Source: Octopus vulgaris
Taxonomy: Eukaryota
DNA length: 64,000 nt
NCBI GenBank assembly: GCA_951406725.2
Contig: OX597818.1
Location: 30,194,001 to 30,258,000, forward strand
Reading direction: 5' to 3'
Positions 53,633-64,000 of the stretch are shown one piece after another. A program made the translations under genes and the position numbers. The notes under the pieces were generated by a model. It had not been told where the DNA came from and made no database searches. It worked only from the letters and a program-made list of their open reading frames with translations. Within the stretch, counting starts at the first letter, position 1. Each line of letters begins with the position of its first letter.

Positions 53633-54833
53633 TTGGGCCATCCCATAAATAATGCAGATTTTTTATACTTTTTTTATTTTTCAAAATTAAGATAAACAAA
53701 GTTCTTTTTTAATCTGAAATATACTCTCCTTCATTTTCTATAATATTCTGCCAAATATCTGGTAGATTTTCAAGGTCCCTCTTCCAGAATTCAGTTGTCT
53801 ATGACAAAAGATACTCCTCCAGTACTGTTCTGACCTCATCTACAGAATTCACATTTTTCCCATCCAAATGATTTTGAAGACTGTGGAATAAATGATAATC
53901 ATATGTGGCAGTGTCCGGCAAATATGGTGGGTGGGGCATCGTTTCCCATTCAAACTGCTCCAGCCTTTGGAATGTCTGAATGTGGCCAAGCATTATCCTG
54001 ATGGAAGAACACCGTTCGTCTTAAAACTAAAGATGGTCATTTTTATTCTAGCACTGACTTAAGCCACTCAAGCTGCACACAGTAGATCTCCTTTGTTATC
54101 ATTTGGTTTGGGTTTAAAAGTTCAAAGTGAACTAAACCTTTCCTATCCCACCAAACAGATCACAATACCTTGTGGGTGAAGATCTTCTGTAGCCTGAGGT
54201 GCCAATGTTTCTCCTTTCCCTACTGACTATCTTCAGTACTTGACATTTTTATAGAGTACCCATTTCTCATTACCAGTTACTATTTGGTTCAAAATAGATT
54301 CATTCATGAGACGTAACAGCTGTGTGCGATTAGACTCAGAAAGTTTGTGAGGAACCCATTGACCCAATTTGCTGACTTTTCCAATGGCACGGAGGTGTTG
54401 ATGAATGGTTGAATGACCAAATCCATATCTGATAGTTCCTCAATAGTTACAATGGGACTTTGTTCCACCAGTGTTTGCAGGACATCCTCATCGAGTTCTA
54501 TGGATCTTCCAGGATGAGGCTCATTATCTAGGCTGTAGTTTCTGGCTTGAAATTTCTGGAACCACCGTTGACACTGGCTTACATTTATTGTCCAATCCCC
54601 ATATACTGCATTAATATTCCATGCACTTTCCATTGCTTTGTCACTTCCATTATAGCTTTGAAAAAATAACTATTAAAATCAAACTACACTCTTCAAAATT
54701 TGCACTAAGAATAAGACCAAAGTAAAATTACTACCTACTTTTTAGCAAGTTGATGCAGGTAGTTTATCCCATCTCCCTCCGATTTTTAGTTCATGCAACT
54801 GAAAAAACTGCATTATTTATAGGATGACACAAA
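53633..54833 (-). mobile_element. Mariner (D,D34D) transposon, full-length but with a pseudogenised transposase
   Basis: ~28-bp TIRs ttgggccatcccataaataatgcag / ctgcattatttataggatgacacaa in a TA context; QRWFQKF, VTGNEKWVLY, HQDNAWPH and HPPYLPDTATYDYHLF motifs. Confidence 0.92.
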
Positions 54834-54870
54834 TATATATATATGTGCATATATATATATATATATATAT

Positions 54871-56180
54871 AAGAAGAAAAGGGATTAAAATATCCAGGTG
54901 GATATCAATAAAGCACTCAGTATTAAATAAATTTAGTTAACTATATCAAACTATCAGACACCAACAATTGCAAGTAGAAAAAGCAGCCAAAGTAATATGA
55001 ATGAAAAACATCATATCTTTAATTGGTGATTCTACCATACAATAATGATGATTTGGCTGAAATTATAGCAGTACATAATAAACAGAGAATTAGGGCAACT
55101 CAAAAGCTATAAACAAGAGTAGAATCAATAGTGTGAATTGTGAAATTAACACTATTGATAATTTTCCTGACCTAGATTTTAATAAAACAATACTGACTCT
55201 GATTATACAGTTAAATTAACACCTAGTTTTAATATTAATTTTAATATTAATAATAATAATCCTGTTTGAAACCTGATTCTGGGAGGAGGATTAGTAGTAA
55301 TTCTTTTAACTATGAGTACCAAATGCAAGTGAATAAATGCCTGTGTAATTTTAAAAACAAAATATTTGTCCTTTGGAAAATCAGTGTTTAAGGAAGAATA
55401 TAGTGTATCAATGCAAGGTAATAGCAGCAGATCATAAGTATTATTACATAGGTCTGTCTGCTACAATTTGGAAATCTAAATTTCATAATCATTTTCATTC
55501 ATATATGCATAGAAGAAAATGTAATTCTACAAATCATAGTAAATGCATTTGAGATTTAAAAGATAAAAACATTAAGTACAATTTAAAGAGGTCCATTATT
55601 AGTTATGCACCATCATACAATATTAGTAATTCCAAATGAGATCTTTACCTTGAAGAAATGTAATATATAATTACTTCTAAATAAATATTATTAAATCGTG
55701 ATGGTAATTTTACATTGAAATGTTGTCACAAATTTAGAAAAGTGTTTAAATATTTCAATTCTTAATTATAATTTGCTTTTCATATAATATAAAAAGCATA
55801 ATTTTTCTAAAAATATTTAATAGATAATTAATTGTGACAGAATCTCTATGTTTATAACTGCCACAATGTAGAATTCATGTATTAATTTTTTAATTCTTTT
55901 ATTCACTAACATCACCAAAAGTTGAATACCAAATTAGCTTTTCTTAGAATATTATATTTCTTCTTAACATTATTTTTGTTTTATGTTTTTGTCTACTAGA
56001 GATATTTTCTTAGTTCACTTTGAATTTAATCAATTTTGGATTGCCTTGATAACGTTGTGTAAACGTATATTTTTTGATATCTAAATATCTAGATACAACA
56101 GAAACAATTCTCAGTATTGTATAGGGGAATCACCAATTTTAAAGATATGATTTTCTCCATTCGTATTTTTGTTGTTATAC
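54871..56180 (+). pseudogene. Decayed PLE: GIY-YIG endonuclease (55338-55740) with an inverted copy of its 3' tail at the 5' end
   Basis: ICPLENQCLRKNIVYQCKV...YYYIGLSATIWKSKFHNHFHSY...NST..SKCI*DLK...SY...K*DLYLEE...LLNRD...KCCHKF; 54993-55050 is the reverse complement of about 56110-56168. Confidence 0.8.
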
Positions 56181-56240
56181 ATATGTTTGTATGTATGTAT
56201 ATATGTGTATGTATTATTTTTAAACAAGAATGTTGTTGAC

Positions 56241-56286
56241 AGTGACTTTGAAGTTTCAGCCAGCTAAGCCATCATCAGAATACATT
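56241..56286 (-). ncRNA. Degenerate hammerhead motif at the 3' end of a further decayed PLE (to about 56800)
   Basis: CTGATGA tggcttagctggct GAAA cttcaaag TC; stem III actt/aagt is intact, stem I is poor. Confidence 0.5.
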
Positions 56287-57171
56287 AAAGTTAGTCTTGC
56301 CTTTATACAGTCCCTGTTGAGTTAAAAATCTTTCTTTGGTGTGTGGTTTTGAGTGGAATGGTAATTAAGCATTTAGGGTTGGTTGTTATGGAGAGATGTT
56401 TTGTAGAAATTTTTATTGATTAAATTTGTGGTTATGTTATTGTTTAGAGTTTATTCTTGAATGTAGAACTTTGTTTACAAGTATGTAGGCATTTCTCTTT
56501 TGCTAGGTAGGTCCAAGATGTGACAGTATTTTTGTTGCTTTTGGTATTAGTGGATTTAATCCTTTTGCTTTGACACTGAAAAGGTCAAGGTCCAGTATTT
56601 AGGCCCTTAGTAATTGGGTAACTCAACTTTTTTTTTTTTGCAAAAGAACATATGCAGGTGGTAAGGTTTGGTTGGTCATTTCTTTACTTGTTGTTATTTA
56701 GGGATTTTCTTGTTTTCACTTGTGAGGTAGGGGTTATTAGTCAAGTATGTCATGGCTTTGTTCGTATAGAAAATTGTTCCTCTTGTGCTTTGATGTTTAC
56801 AAAAGTATTTGAGTAAAGGTTGTGTGTGTGTAATATATATTTATATAGATATATATATAGTTTACTACTCTGTTATTGGTAAAATCAACAAAAAAAGTAC
56901 TCCATCCAGTGAAAGATAAATATCATTTAATAAACACAGGATTTACTATAAGCTTTGTACCCAAATAGTACAGTAATTAGATGGGCTTGTATAGTGTCAT
57001 GTACTATTCTGCAGTTGTTCCTAACAATTGCAGTAGCTCACTTATAAATCTTGTTTTTATTAAATGGTGTGTGTGTGTACTATCTATATAGTATTATAAT
57101 CTTATAACAGCCAATTTGTGTTACTGATTGGTTTTGTAGTAAAAACTTCTGTCTTAGAATGGAAGAATAAT

Positions 57172-57399
57172 TTAACCTTTTAGCATTCAGATTATCCCGT
57201 CAAATGTAATGTTTATTTAGTGACATTGTTTTGAATTAATTATGCATTACCTCACAGCTTTGAAATTTTAATGATGTTATTGTTTATTTTTAGAATGACA
57301 CTCTAGGATAGAGGCAAGAGGCTAAATCAGGCTTGTTTGAACATAAAACAGGTAGAATAATTGGGACAAACATGGTCAGTTTATATGCTGGAGGGTTAA
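57172..57399. mobile_element. Second TTAA-flanked MITE family
   Basis: TTAA-CCTTTTAGCAT...ATGCTGGAGGG-TTAA; relatives at 13807-14053 and 16283-16970 (split by a SINE). Confidence 0.7.
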
Positions 57400-57617
57400 T
57401 ATTCATCAGACATGGCTGATCAGAAAAGAGAGGCTTAGGTTCTTTGGTACTGGAGATTTGAAATATCACATCTGGTTGACCAGTCACAGAGAGGCTGCAA
57501 AAACAAAAAACAACAACAACAAAAACTAGTACGGGGAAACAGTCAAAAAGCAAGGTCACCTTTAGCCCCATCAAAGTTATATTTCTTAGACTGGTCTTTT
57601 TAGTTATTGCCTTGTAG

Positions 57618-57690
57618 GCCAGAGTAACTGTTCCAGTGCATCTCTCTTGCCATACTCTGAGTCTGCTGGGACTCTGGGGTGGTATGAATT
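57618..57690 (+). CDS. Candidate 73-nt internal exon of an unidentified gene
   Basis: ttgtag|...|gtaaga; open in two frames; (G)QSNCSSASLLPYSESAGTLGWYE(L) is phase-compatible with 60612-60647. Confidence 0.4.
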
Positions 57691-58560
57691 GTAAGAAATT
57701 GTACATTTCACTCCTAAATGTAAAGTTACTCCATATAAACAACTTTGAACTGTTATACAATTACACAACCACATAGATTGATCAGCACCCTTGTTGTAAC
57801 TATCTCCTATCAGTTTGTGTAAATGAGGAAGGATGAAGGAGTAAGGGTGAAATAGAGAAGACAAGGGAGAGAGAGGTGGGCAAGGGTGTTTTAAAGCCAA
57901 CATATGTGGGCGTGTATTTGTGGGTGGGCGTTTTATGGTGAAGAAGATACATATGGCTGAAAGGAGAGAAAATAAGATGAGAAAGATAGAGAGAGAAGAT
58001 AAGGGGTTTCTTTTTGATTAAGTGGAGAAAGGGGGAATATTTACATACCACATATTCATTCTCTTTCTTCATCCAGTCAAAAAGAAATCCCTCCCATTTT
58101 CCCTGCTCCTCCTACTTTATACCCCTCCCCCACTTCATCTCTCCATCTTCCCTCATTACCCTTTCTACTGCACCCTCTTATCATAAAATGTTATTTTTCT
58201 TCCCCAGAGCTCCATCTCTCTTTCTCTTAATCACCCTCTTTACCTCATCATTTACACCTCCTCCAGAAAAAAACCACTTCCACACTCACATTTGTAATGG
58301 TGGAAAAAAATTGCCACTTGAAGCTGGCTCATAGTGGTAATGACTTAAAAGAACAGTCCAAGGGATAGGGCTAGAGCCAAGCTATTCTTCTCTGATCAAC
58401 TATGTCTGATGAGTATTAAATTATTATTTCATTCTAGGAAGAATTTTCAATATGAAACCATACAGTATTGTATATTGGCTTTTATAACACTAAATTTATA
58501 ATATTGTGTAAATAATATAGCCATGCTATTACCTATCTTCCATTTCCTTCATCAATTATA

Positions 58561-58870
58561 TATATTATATTAAATTAGAGATAAAACCACTATTAGGCAA
58601 ATCAAACAATGAAAAACTGAAGCCAATACATAAAATTAATTCATTTATATTATTTTACTCATTATCTTTTATTAAACTTTTAATACTTTTGATATATATT
58701 TAAAATAATATAAATTAATTTTATGTATTGGCTTAAGTTTTTCATTGTTTGATTTTCCTAATAGTGGTTTTATCTCTAATTTAATATAATATAATATTTT
58801 ACTATAAAATTGGATTCAATCCTAAATCTGATTTTTCCCTGTAAGTTTGGATTTATTCTCTAATATCTTA
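58561..58870 (+). mobile_element. Terminal tail of the 32533-36540 PLE family with an inverted partial duplicate
   Basis: 58712-58870 is the reverse complement of about 32535-32690; 58561-58641 is an inverted copy of 58712-58793; (TA)n flanks. Confidence 0.85.
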
Positions 58871-58930
58871 TTATATATATATATATAATAAATATATATA
58901 TACTTTATTTAAAGCAGCAGAAAATTCAAC

Positions 58931-58978
58931 AAAACCTGTTACTCTGAGTTTCCCCGTTGCCGTTCATCGGACAGTTTT
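58931..58978 (-). ncRNA. Minimal type I hammerhead ribozyme (CCGAUGA core variant)
   Basis: aaactgt CCGATGA acg gcaa cggg GAAA ctcagag TA acaggttt. Confidence 0.7.
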
Positions 58979-59179
58979 TGCTAGAATGGAACTGATATGT
59001 CAATTCTATCCAGACTATTACAAATGCTACACCTTTAAAAATGGACTTGTTTGATTAGCCCTTTAGAAATAACGGTCAATTTTCGAGCGATAAACAAAAA
59101 TGATCTCAAATATATATATATATAAAAATTATAGAAATTATAAAATTCGAGGAAAAACCTTACATTGAATAAAATACAT

Positions 59180-59184
59180 AAATA

Positions 59185-59220
<36 letters not shown>

Positions 59221-59246
59221 TGTATGTATGTATGTATGTATGTATG

Positions 59247-59305
<59 letters not shown>

Positions 59306-59331
59306 ATATATATATATATATATACATAAAA

Positions 59332-59379
<48 letters not shown>

Positions 59380-59383
59380 GCAT

Positions 59384-59462
<79 letters not shown>

Positions 59463-59463
59463 T
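59180..59463. repeat. Compound (TATG)n/(TA)n/(CA)n microsatellite
   Basis: Direct read. Confidence 0.95.
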
Positions 59464-59689
59464 CAAAGGTAAAAAATACAACAAATGGAAATCAAAACAT
59501 AGCAAGCAGGAAAAGGATGATAGCACAACAATAGCAAACAGGACAAAACAAGATACACAGATCATTTGCTGCCAATTGCTTCTTCAGTTGGAGTATAGGA
59601 AAAGAATTCCTTCAAAGGAGTGTGTAAAACATCCAGTTCACGGGTATGTCGGTTCATTGCCACATAAATATGGGTGTAATATAAATTAC

Positions 59690-60066
59690 AAACAATAAAT
59701 TAAACCGAGAGATACAATTGTCAATCCAATAATTTATTTATATCATAATATAGCATAATATACTATGAATATAATATAATATAATATCATATAATATAAC
59801 ATAAACAATTATTTAAACAACTAAAAAAGCCATCAAGGAATTTCGTCTATCTTCTTACCATTACCCTGTTGTGATTAATATATAAGGGAATTGAAGTGTT
59901 TATATATCAAAATATGTGTATAAGTTGAAACAAATTGTTGGCTTTTTTGGTTGTTTAAATAATTGTTTATGTTATATTATATTATATTCATAGTATATTA
60001 TGTTATATTATGATATAAATATATTATCGGATTGTCAATTATATCTCTCTATTTAATTTATTGTTT
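59690..60066. repeat. Inverted repeat with ~130-bp arms ending at (TA)n
   Basis: 59690-59832 versus 59939-60066 (ataaacaattatttaaacaac.aaaaaagcca / tggctttttt.gttgtttaaataattgtttat). Confidence 0.85.
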
Positions 60067-60110
60067 ATATATATATATATATTTGCATGCAGTTAAATAT
60101 AAGTCTGGTC

Positions 60111-60181
60111 ATAGAGTGACCAATGGTTTTTCATCCATAAAGCGCTAAGCTTTATGGATGTGAAAGCATTCATCACTCTAT
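60111..60181 (-). ncRNA. Decayed copy of the 4917-4980 hammerhead
   Basis: tagagtgacca.tggttt..catccataaagc..ta.gctttat is shared with 4917-4960. Confidence 0.5.
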
Positions 60182-60279
60182 ATCTGGACATATATTTAAC
60201 TGAATGTAAATACATTACTACTCTATTCTTTAGAGTGTGCTTCTGTTTTGGATATATGATCCACAGCCGAGATATATGC

Positions 60280-60337
<58 letters not shown>

Positions 60338-60611
60338 ATGTATATGCATATATGCCAGTGCATGTGTATGTATGAGTGTACATACACACACATATATATA
60401 TGTACATATGTATTTGTGCATGCATATATCTATGCATAAACATACACACACGCACACACCACATGCTTGTGTGCAAGCACGTGTGCATATAAATATACAT
60501 AAATATGGGGCCTATTTATTTCTGTTCTTTGTTGTACCCAGCTGAACTATTATATTACAATGTTGGGCTGGTATGAATTGTTTTCATTGAGAAATCTATC
60601 CATTTTTCCAG

Positions 60612-60647
60612 ATGGCTGGAGACGGCTAGCGTTAATAAAAAGGAAAG
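60612..60647 (+). CDS. Candidate 36-nt internal exon
   Basis: tttttccag|ATGGCTGGAG...GGAAAG|gtatgt; reads WLETASVNKKE in phase with 57618-57690. Confidence 0.4.
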
Positions 60648-60880
60648 GTATGTGTGTAAATATTTTCAGCATGGCCAGTTTAAACTGGACACTCAGTTGA
60701 ACATTATTTCTATAAATAGACACTCTATGCACTTTTTTCTGCACTTGTTATTTTTTTAATACCTTTTGCTTTTCAATTTCTATACGACTAGCAAAAAGCA
60801 CTTGATGCAATCATACAACACATCTATCATATCTAGTTCATCTAATTACAATGATTTGTAACATTTTGATAATAATTATC

Positions 60881-60940
60881 ATCCTCTAATTGCCACAAAT
60901 ATTGGCAGTGATCTGCCAATATTTGTAGCAATTAGAGGAT
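60881..60940. repeat. Near-perfect 28-bp-arm hairpin
   Basis: atcctctaattgccacaaatattggcag tgat ctgccaatatttgtagcaattagaggat (1 mismatch). Confidence 0.9.
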
Positions 60941-62280
60941 TGAGTTGGTTGAAATAATAGAGTGTGGGAAGGGAAGAAACTAAATGTTTTTACAATATCT
61001 AATTTTATTCTTCCTTATTCAGATTTTAAATCCTTTAGGGTTGATTTTGTATTGTTTTTTATCTTATCCTTTACAAAATTGTTAAAATAGACACCCGTAA
61101 TATAATATCAACTTAAAGAATAATCAATCAAACACCTATTCTGCAACAGTTGTCCTTTTGCCTAAAGGCAGTTTCAGTATTAGAGATAAGTATTAGCTCT
61201 GTGATTGAGCTTATGATCAACTTATGATTCTTGAGTTCTTAAGAAAAACTTAAATGTTCTCTTCTTTCGTAATTCAGATGTTTTGTTTAAGAAATCAATA
61301 TGATAACTTGTATTATTTTCTTCACAGTTCTGCAGATTATCACCATTACAGATATTACTTTTACAAATACTTAAAAAATAAAGTATGAAAAAAGAGTGCC
61401 ACTGATATTTTTAAAAGTGGTGTCACAAAATGGCTGCATTCCAGTGACTAAAGCAAGTAAAAGAGAAAAGATAAAAATCATGCCTGCAAGGAATCTTTGG
61501 AGAGTTATAGTAGTGTGGGGAACTCTTGAGTATAACCACCTAATACATGTCACATCATTAAAGGTTCTAACAAGAAGAGCAGAACTGTGGAGCCAAAGTG
61601 GATCTATGAGTCTTACAAATCCTGAGCCAAATCTATTTTTTTCACCTCCAGTAAAAATACGTAGCCGCCAAATTCCCACCAAAATTCATCCAGCTGTTTA
61701 AAAAAAAAAATTACATTGAATAAATCAGTGCTATCATCATCATCATCATCATTATTTTATGTCTCCTTTCCATAGTGACATAGGTTGGGCAGTTTGTCAG
61801 GGTCCTAGTCTTATTTGGAGTTATTGCTCTGAAAGGTTGGTCAGAGGATCAAGTCTTGCTTGTACATCCCATTTTTGGCACGATTTTTTTGACTGAACAC
61901 CCTTCATAGCACCAGCCACTTTGCAGTCTCATGAACACACTTTATGTTTGCTTGTTCATCTGCTACTTTACAGGATATTCTAGTGTATTTTATCTAATGA
62001 AAAAACAAAGCAGGACTATCATGATGTGGGATTCCTTTGATCATAGGTCTGTTGATCAAAGTTGACTTCAGGCTAAACAACAATATAAGCCTGGCATCCA
62101 GAAGAGCCTTCTTTGACCACATCAGACTGACCAGCCACCATAATAACACCTAGTCCTCTTCTGTGTCTTGATTTTGGTAAAGAGCAATATTAATTAGCCT
62201 TGCTTAACTACCATAATCTACTATAGACTACTACTGATTGTTAAATGGTTGCAGCAAAGTAAATTGGCTACCAGTTGCTT

Positions 62281-62800
62281 TCATCATCATCATCATCATC
62301 ATCGTTTAACGTCTGCTTTCCATGCTGGCATGGGTTAGACGATTTGACTGAGGTCTGGCGTACCAGATGGCTGCACCAGACTCCAATCTGATCTGGCAGT
62401 GTTTCTACAGCTGGATGCCCTTCTTAACGCCAACCACTCTGAGAGTGTAGTGGGTACTTTTACGTGCCACCAGCACAAGGGCCACTTTGGTGGTACTGGC
62501 AACAGCCACGCCCAAATTGTGCTTTTTACATGCCACCTGCTCAGGCGCCAGTCCAGCGGCACTGGTGACGACCTCGCTCAAATATTTCACATGCCACCAG
62601 CACATGTGCTAGTAAGGTGACGCGATAATGATCACACTTGAATGGTGTGCTTAACGTGCCATTGGCACGAAGGCCAGCTTGTTGCTCTGGCAATGATCTC
62701 ACTCGTATGGTACTCTTAGCACTCCACTAGCAACAGATGCCAGTCACCAAGTTTGATTTCAATTTCGATTTCACTTGCCTCAACAGGTCTTTGCAAGCAG
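62281..62800 (-). mobile_element. Family C retroposon with (GAT)n tail
   Basis: Homologous to 1-410. Confidence 0.8.
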
Positions 62801-63917
62801 CCTCAAATAGACTTCTTGATCAAATAGACTTCTGATCAGAAGTAGTCATGCCATATTTTGTCCTCTTTTCTCAGGGAAGTGCACCTTGGACTGCATTTCC
62901 CAGTATGTTCATTTTTAAAGATAGTCGGGTGTGATTTGAGGGGGATTTGACAGTTATTTGTAAAAGATCAGCTGGCCATGTATGGGCTCATTCAATGACT
63001 ACTTTGTATCATAGATGTACTTGAGGGTACTGCTAATTAGAGCCATTGAATAAGATTAGCTTTATGTCATATGTACTTGAGTACAGCAGACTAGGCCCAT
63101 TAATCAATATTACTTTTGCGAGATTCAGCTTTTCTTTTTTTTTCCTTCCTAAATAAAGTAAAATCAGACTCTCAATTAGACATGAAAATCAGACAAAAAT
63201 CTAATTTAATCATGTAGTGATTTTGTAAACAGATGAACTGACAAAAGAAAGTGGTTGTTGTTGGTCTATGATAAAAGCTCTTCAGACCATCCCCATAGTT
63301 TAGCATCTCAGGAATGTATTATCCAATGTGTCTTTACATTTTTAAGATGGTTGGGTACAATTTGAAAGAAATTTGGCTGCTTCCTTTAGTAGAGTCAATG
63401 ACCTCATACTGGCTAGAAAATGTGGTTCTTTGCAATGGCAAATTTATATGAAGCCAGAGCTGTCTGTGTCTTTTATTTGATATTTGTTTTGGCAATCATG
63501 TTACTGAAATGAATGCTTCTCTTACTATTTTCTTACACTTTGTTATTAGAATATGCCAATTTTTTAGCAAATGAACGGGATTTACTGAAGTAATTGATGT
63601 TGTCTTAAATTTGATACAAAATGATTCTATTTTTTATATTATATGAGAATCTTGGTCATTAATTTGTATTTTCTAACTTGATATCATTTATATTAAATAA
63701 ACATGACAATATCATTCATAGTATTGTGCTTAAAACAAATGTATTGTTTTCTTTTTTCCTTATGATTATATCTTATTTCATTTTTAAGAAATCCTGAAAA
63801 ATCACAGTAGTGTTTTTGTTTACATACATATACACAAATACATGCATGCAATGCACACATGCATACATACGTACATACATACATACATACATACATACAT
63901 ACATACATACATACATA

Positions 63918-64000
63918 CGCTGAGAGTTGCTGAAGCATGGAACAAACTGCCGGCATCAGTTGTTAGTTGTCGGAGCACTGCATCCTTCAAAACTTCCATG
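63918..64000 (+). mobile_element. CR1-type LINE 3' ORF fragment (runs off the window)
   Basis: LRVAEAWNKLPASVVSCRSTASFKTSM. Confidence 0.75.

Noticed and set aside
56040-56115. Possible hammerhead at the end of the 54871-56180 PLE
   Set aside because: The position fits and GAAAC is present, but the core reads ttgataa and stems I and III are broken; too decayed to call.
61396-61701. 101-aa ORF
   Set aside because: GTG start and no recognisable domain; retained only as a possible exon-like segment.

Overview
AT-rich, repeat-dense eukaryotic DNA. The SINE families and (TA)n/(CA)n/(CAT)n content point to an octopus (cephalopod) genome; this is inferred from recognition, not a search. No intact protein-coding gene is visible. 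The window is a mosaic of tRNA-derived SINEs, TTAA-flanked piggyBac-type MITEs, a decayed mariner, RTE/CR1/CRE LINE fragments and an Academ-like remnant. It also holds at least five Penelope-like retroelement (PLE, Naiad-type RT/GIY-YIG) insertions, mostly beside (TA)n tracts. The main signal missing from the ORF track is RNA-level. About ten type I hammerhead-ribozyme (HHR) motifs mark PLE 3' ends, and three of them look near-intact (32710-32752, 44158-44208, 58931-58978, all on the minus strand). Several fold-back elements are built from these tails, one carrying an HHR on each strand. One PLE has a ~3.5 kb repeat-built 3' region with a long hairpin whose arm differs from the unpaired repeat copies mainly by A->G transitions. 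Two small phase-compatible plus-strand exon candidates suggest a host gene or pseudogene. All calls were made by eye, without alignment or folding software.
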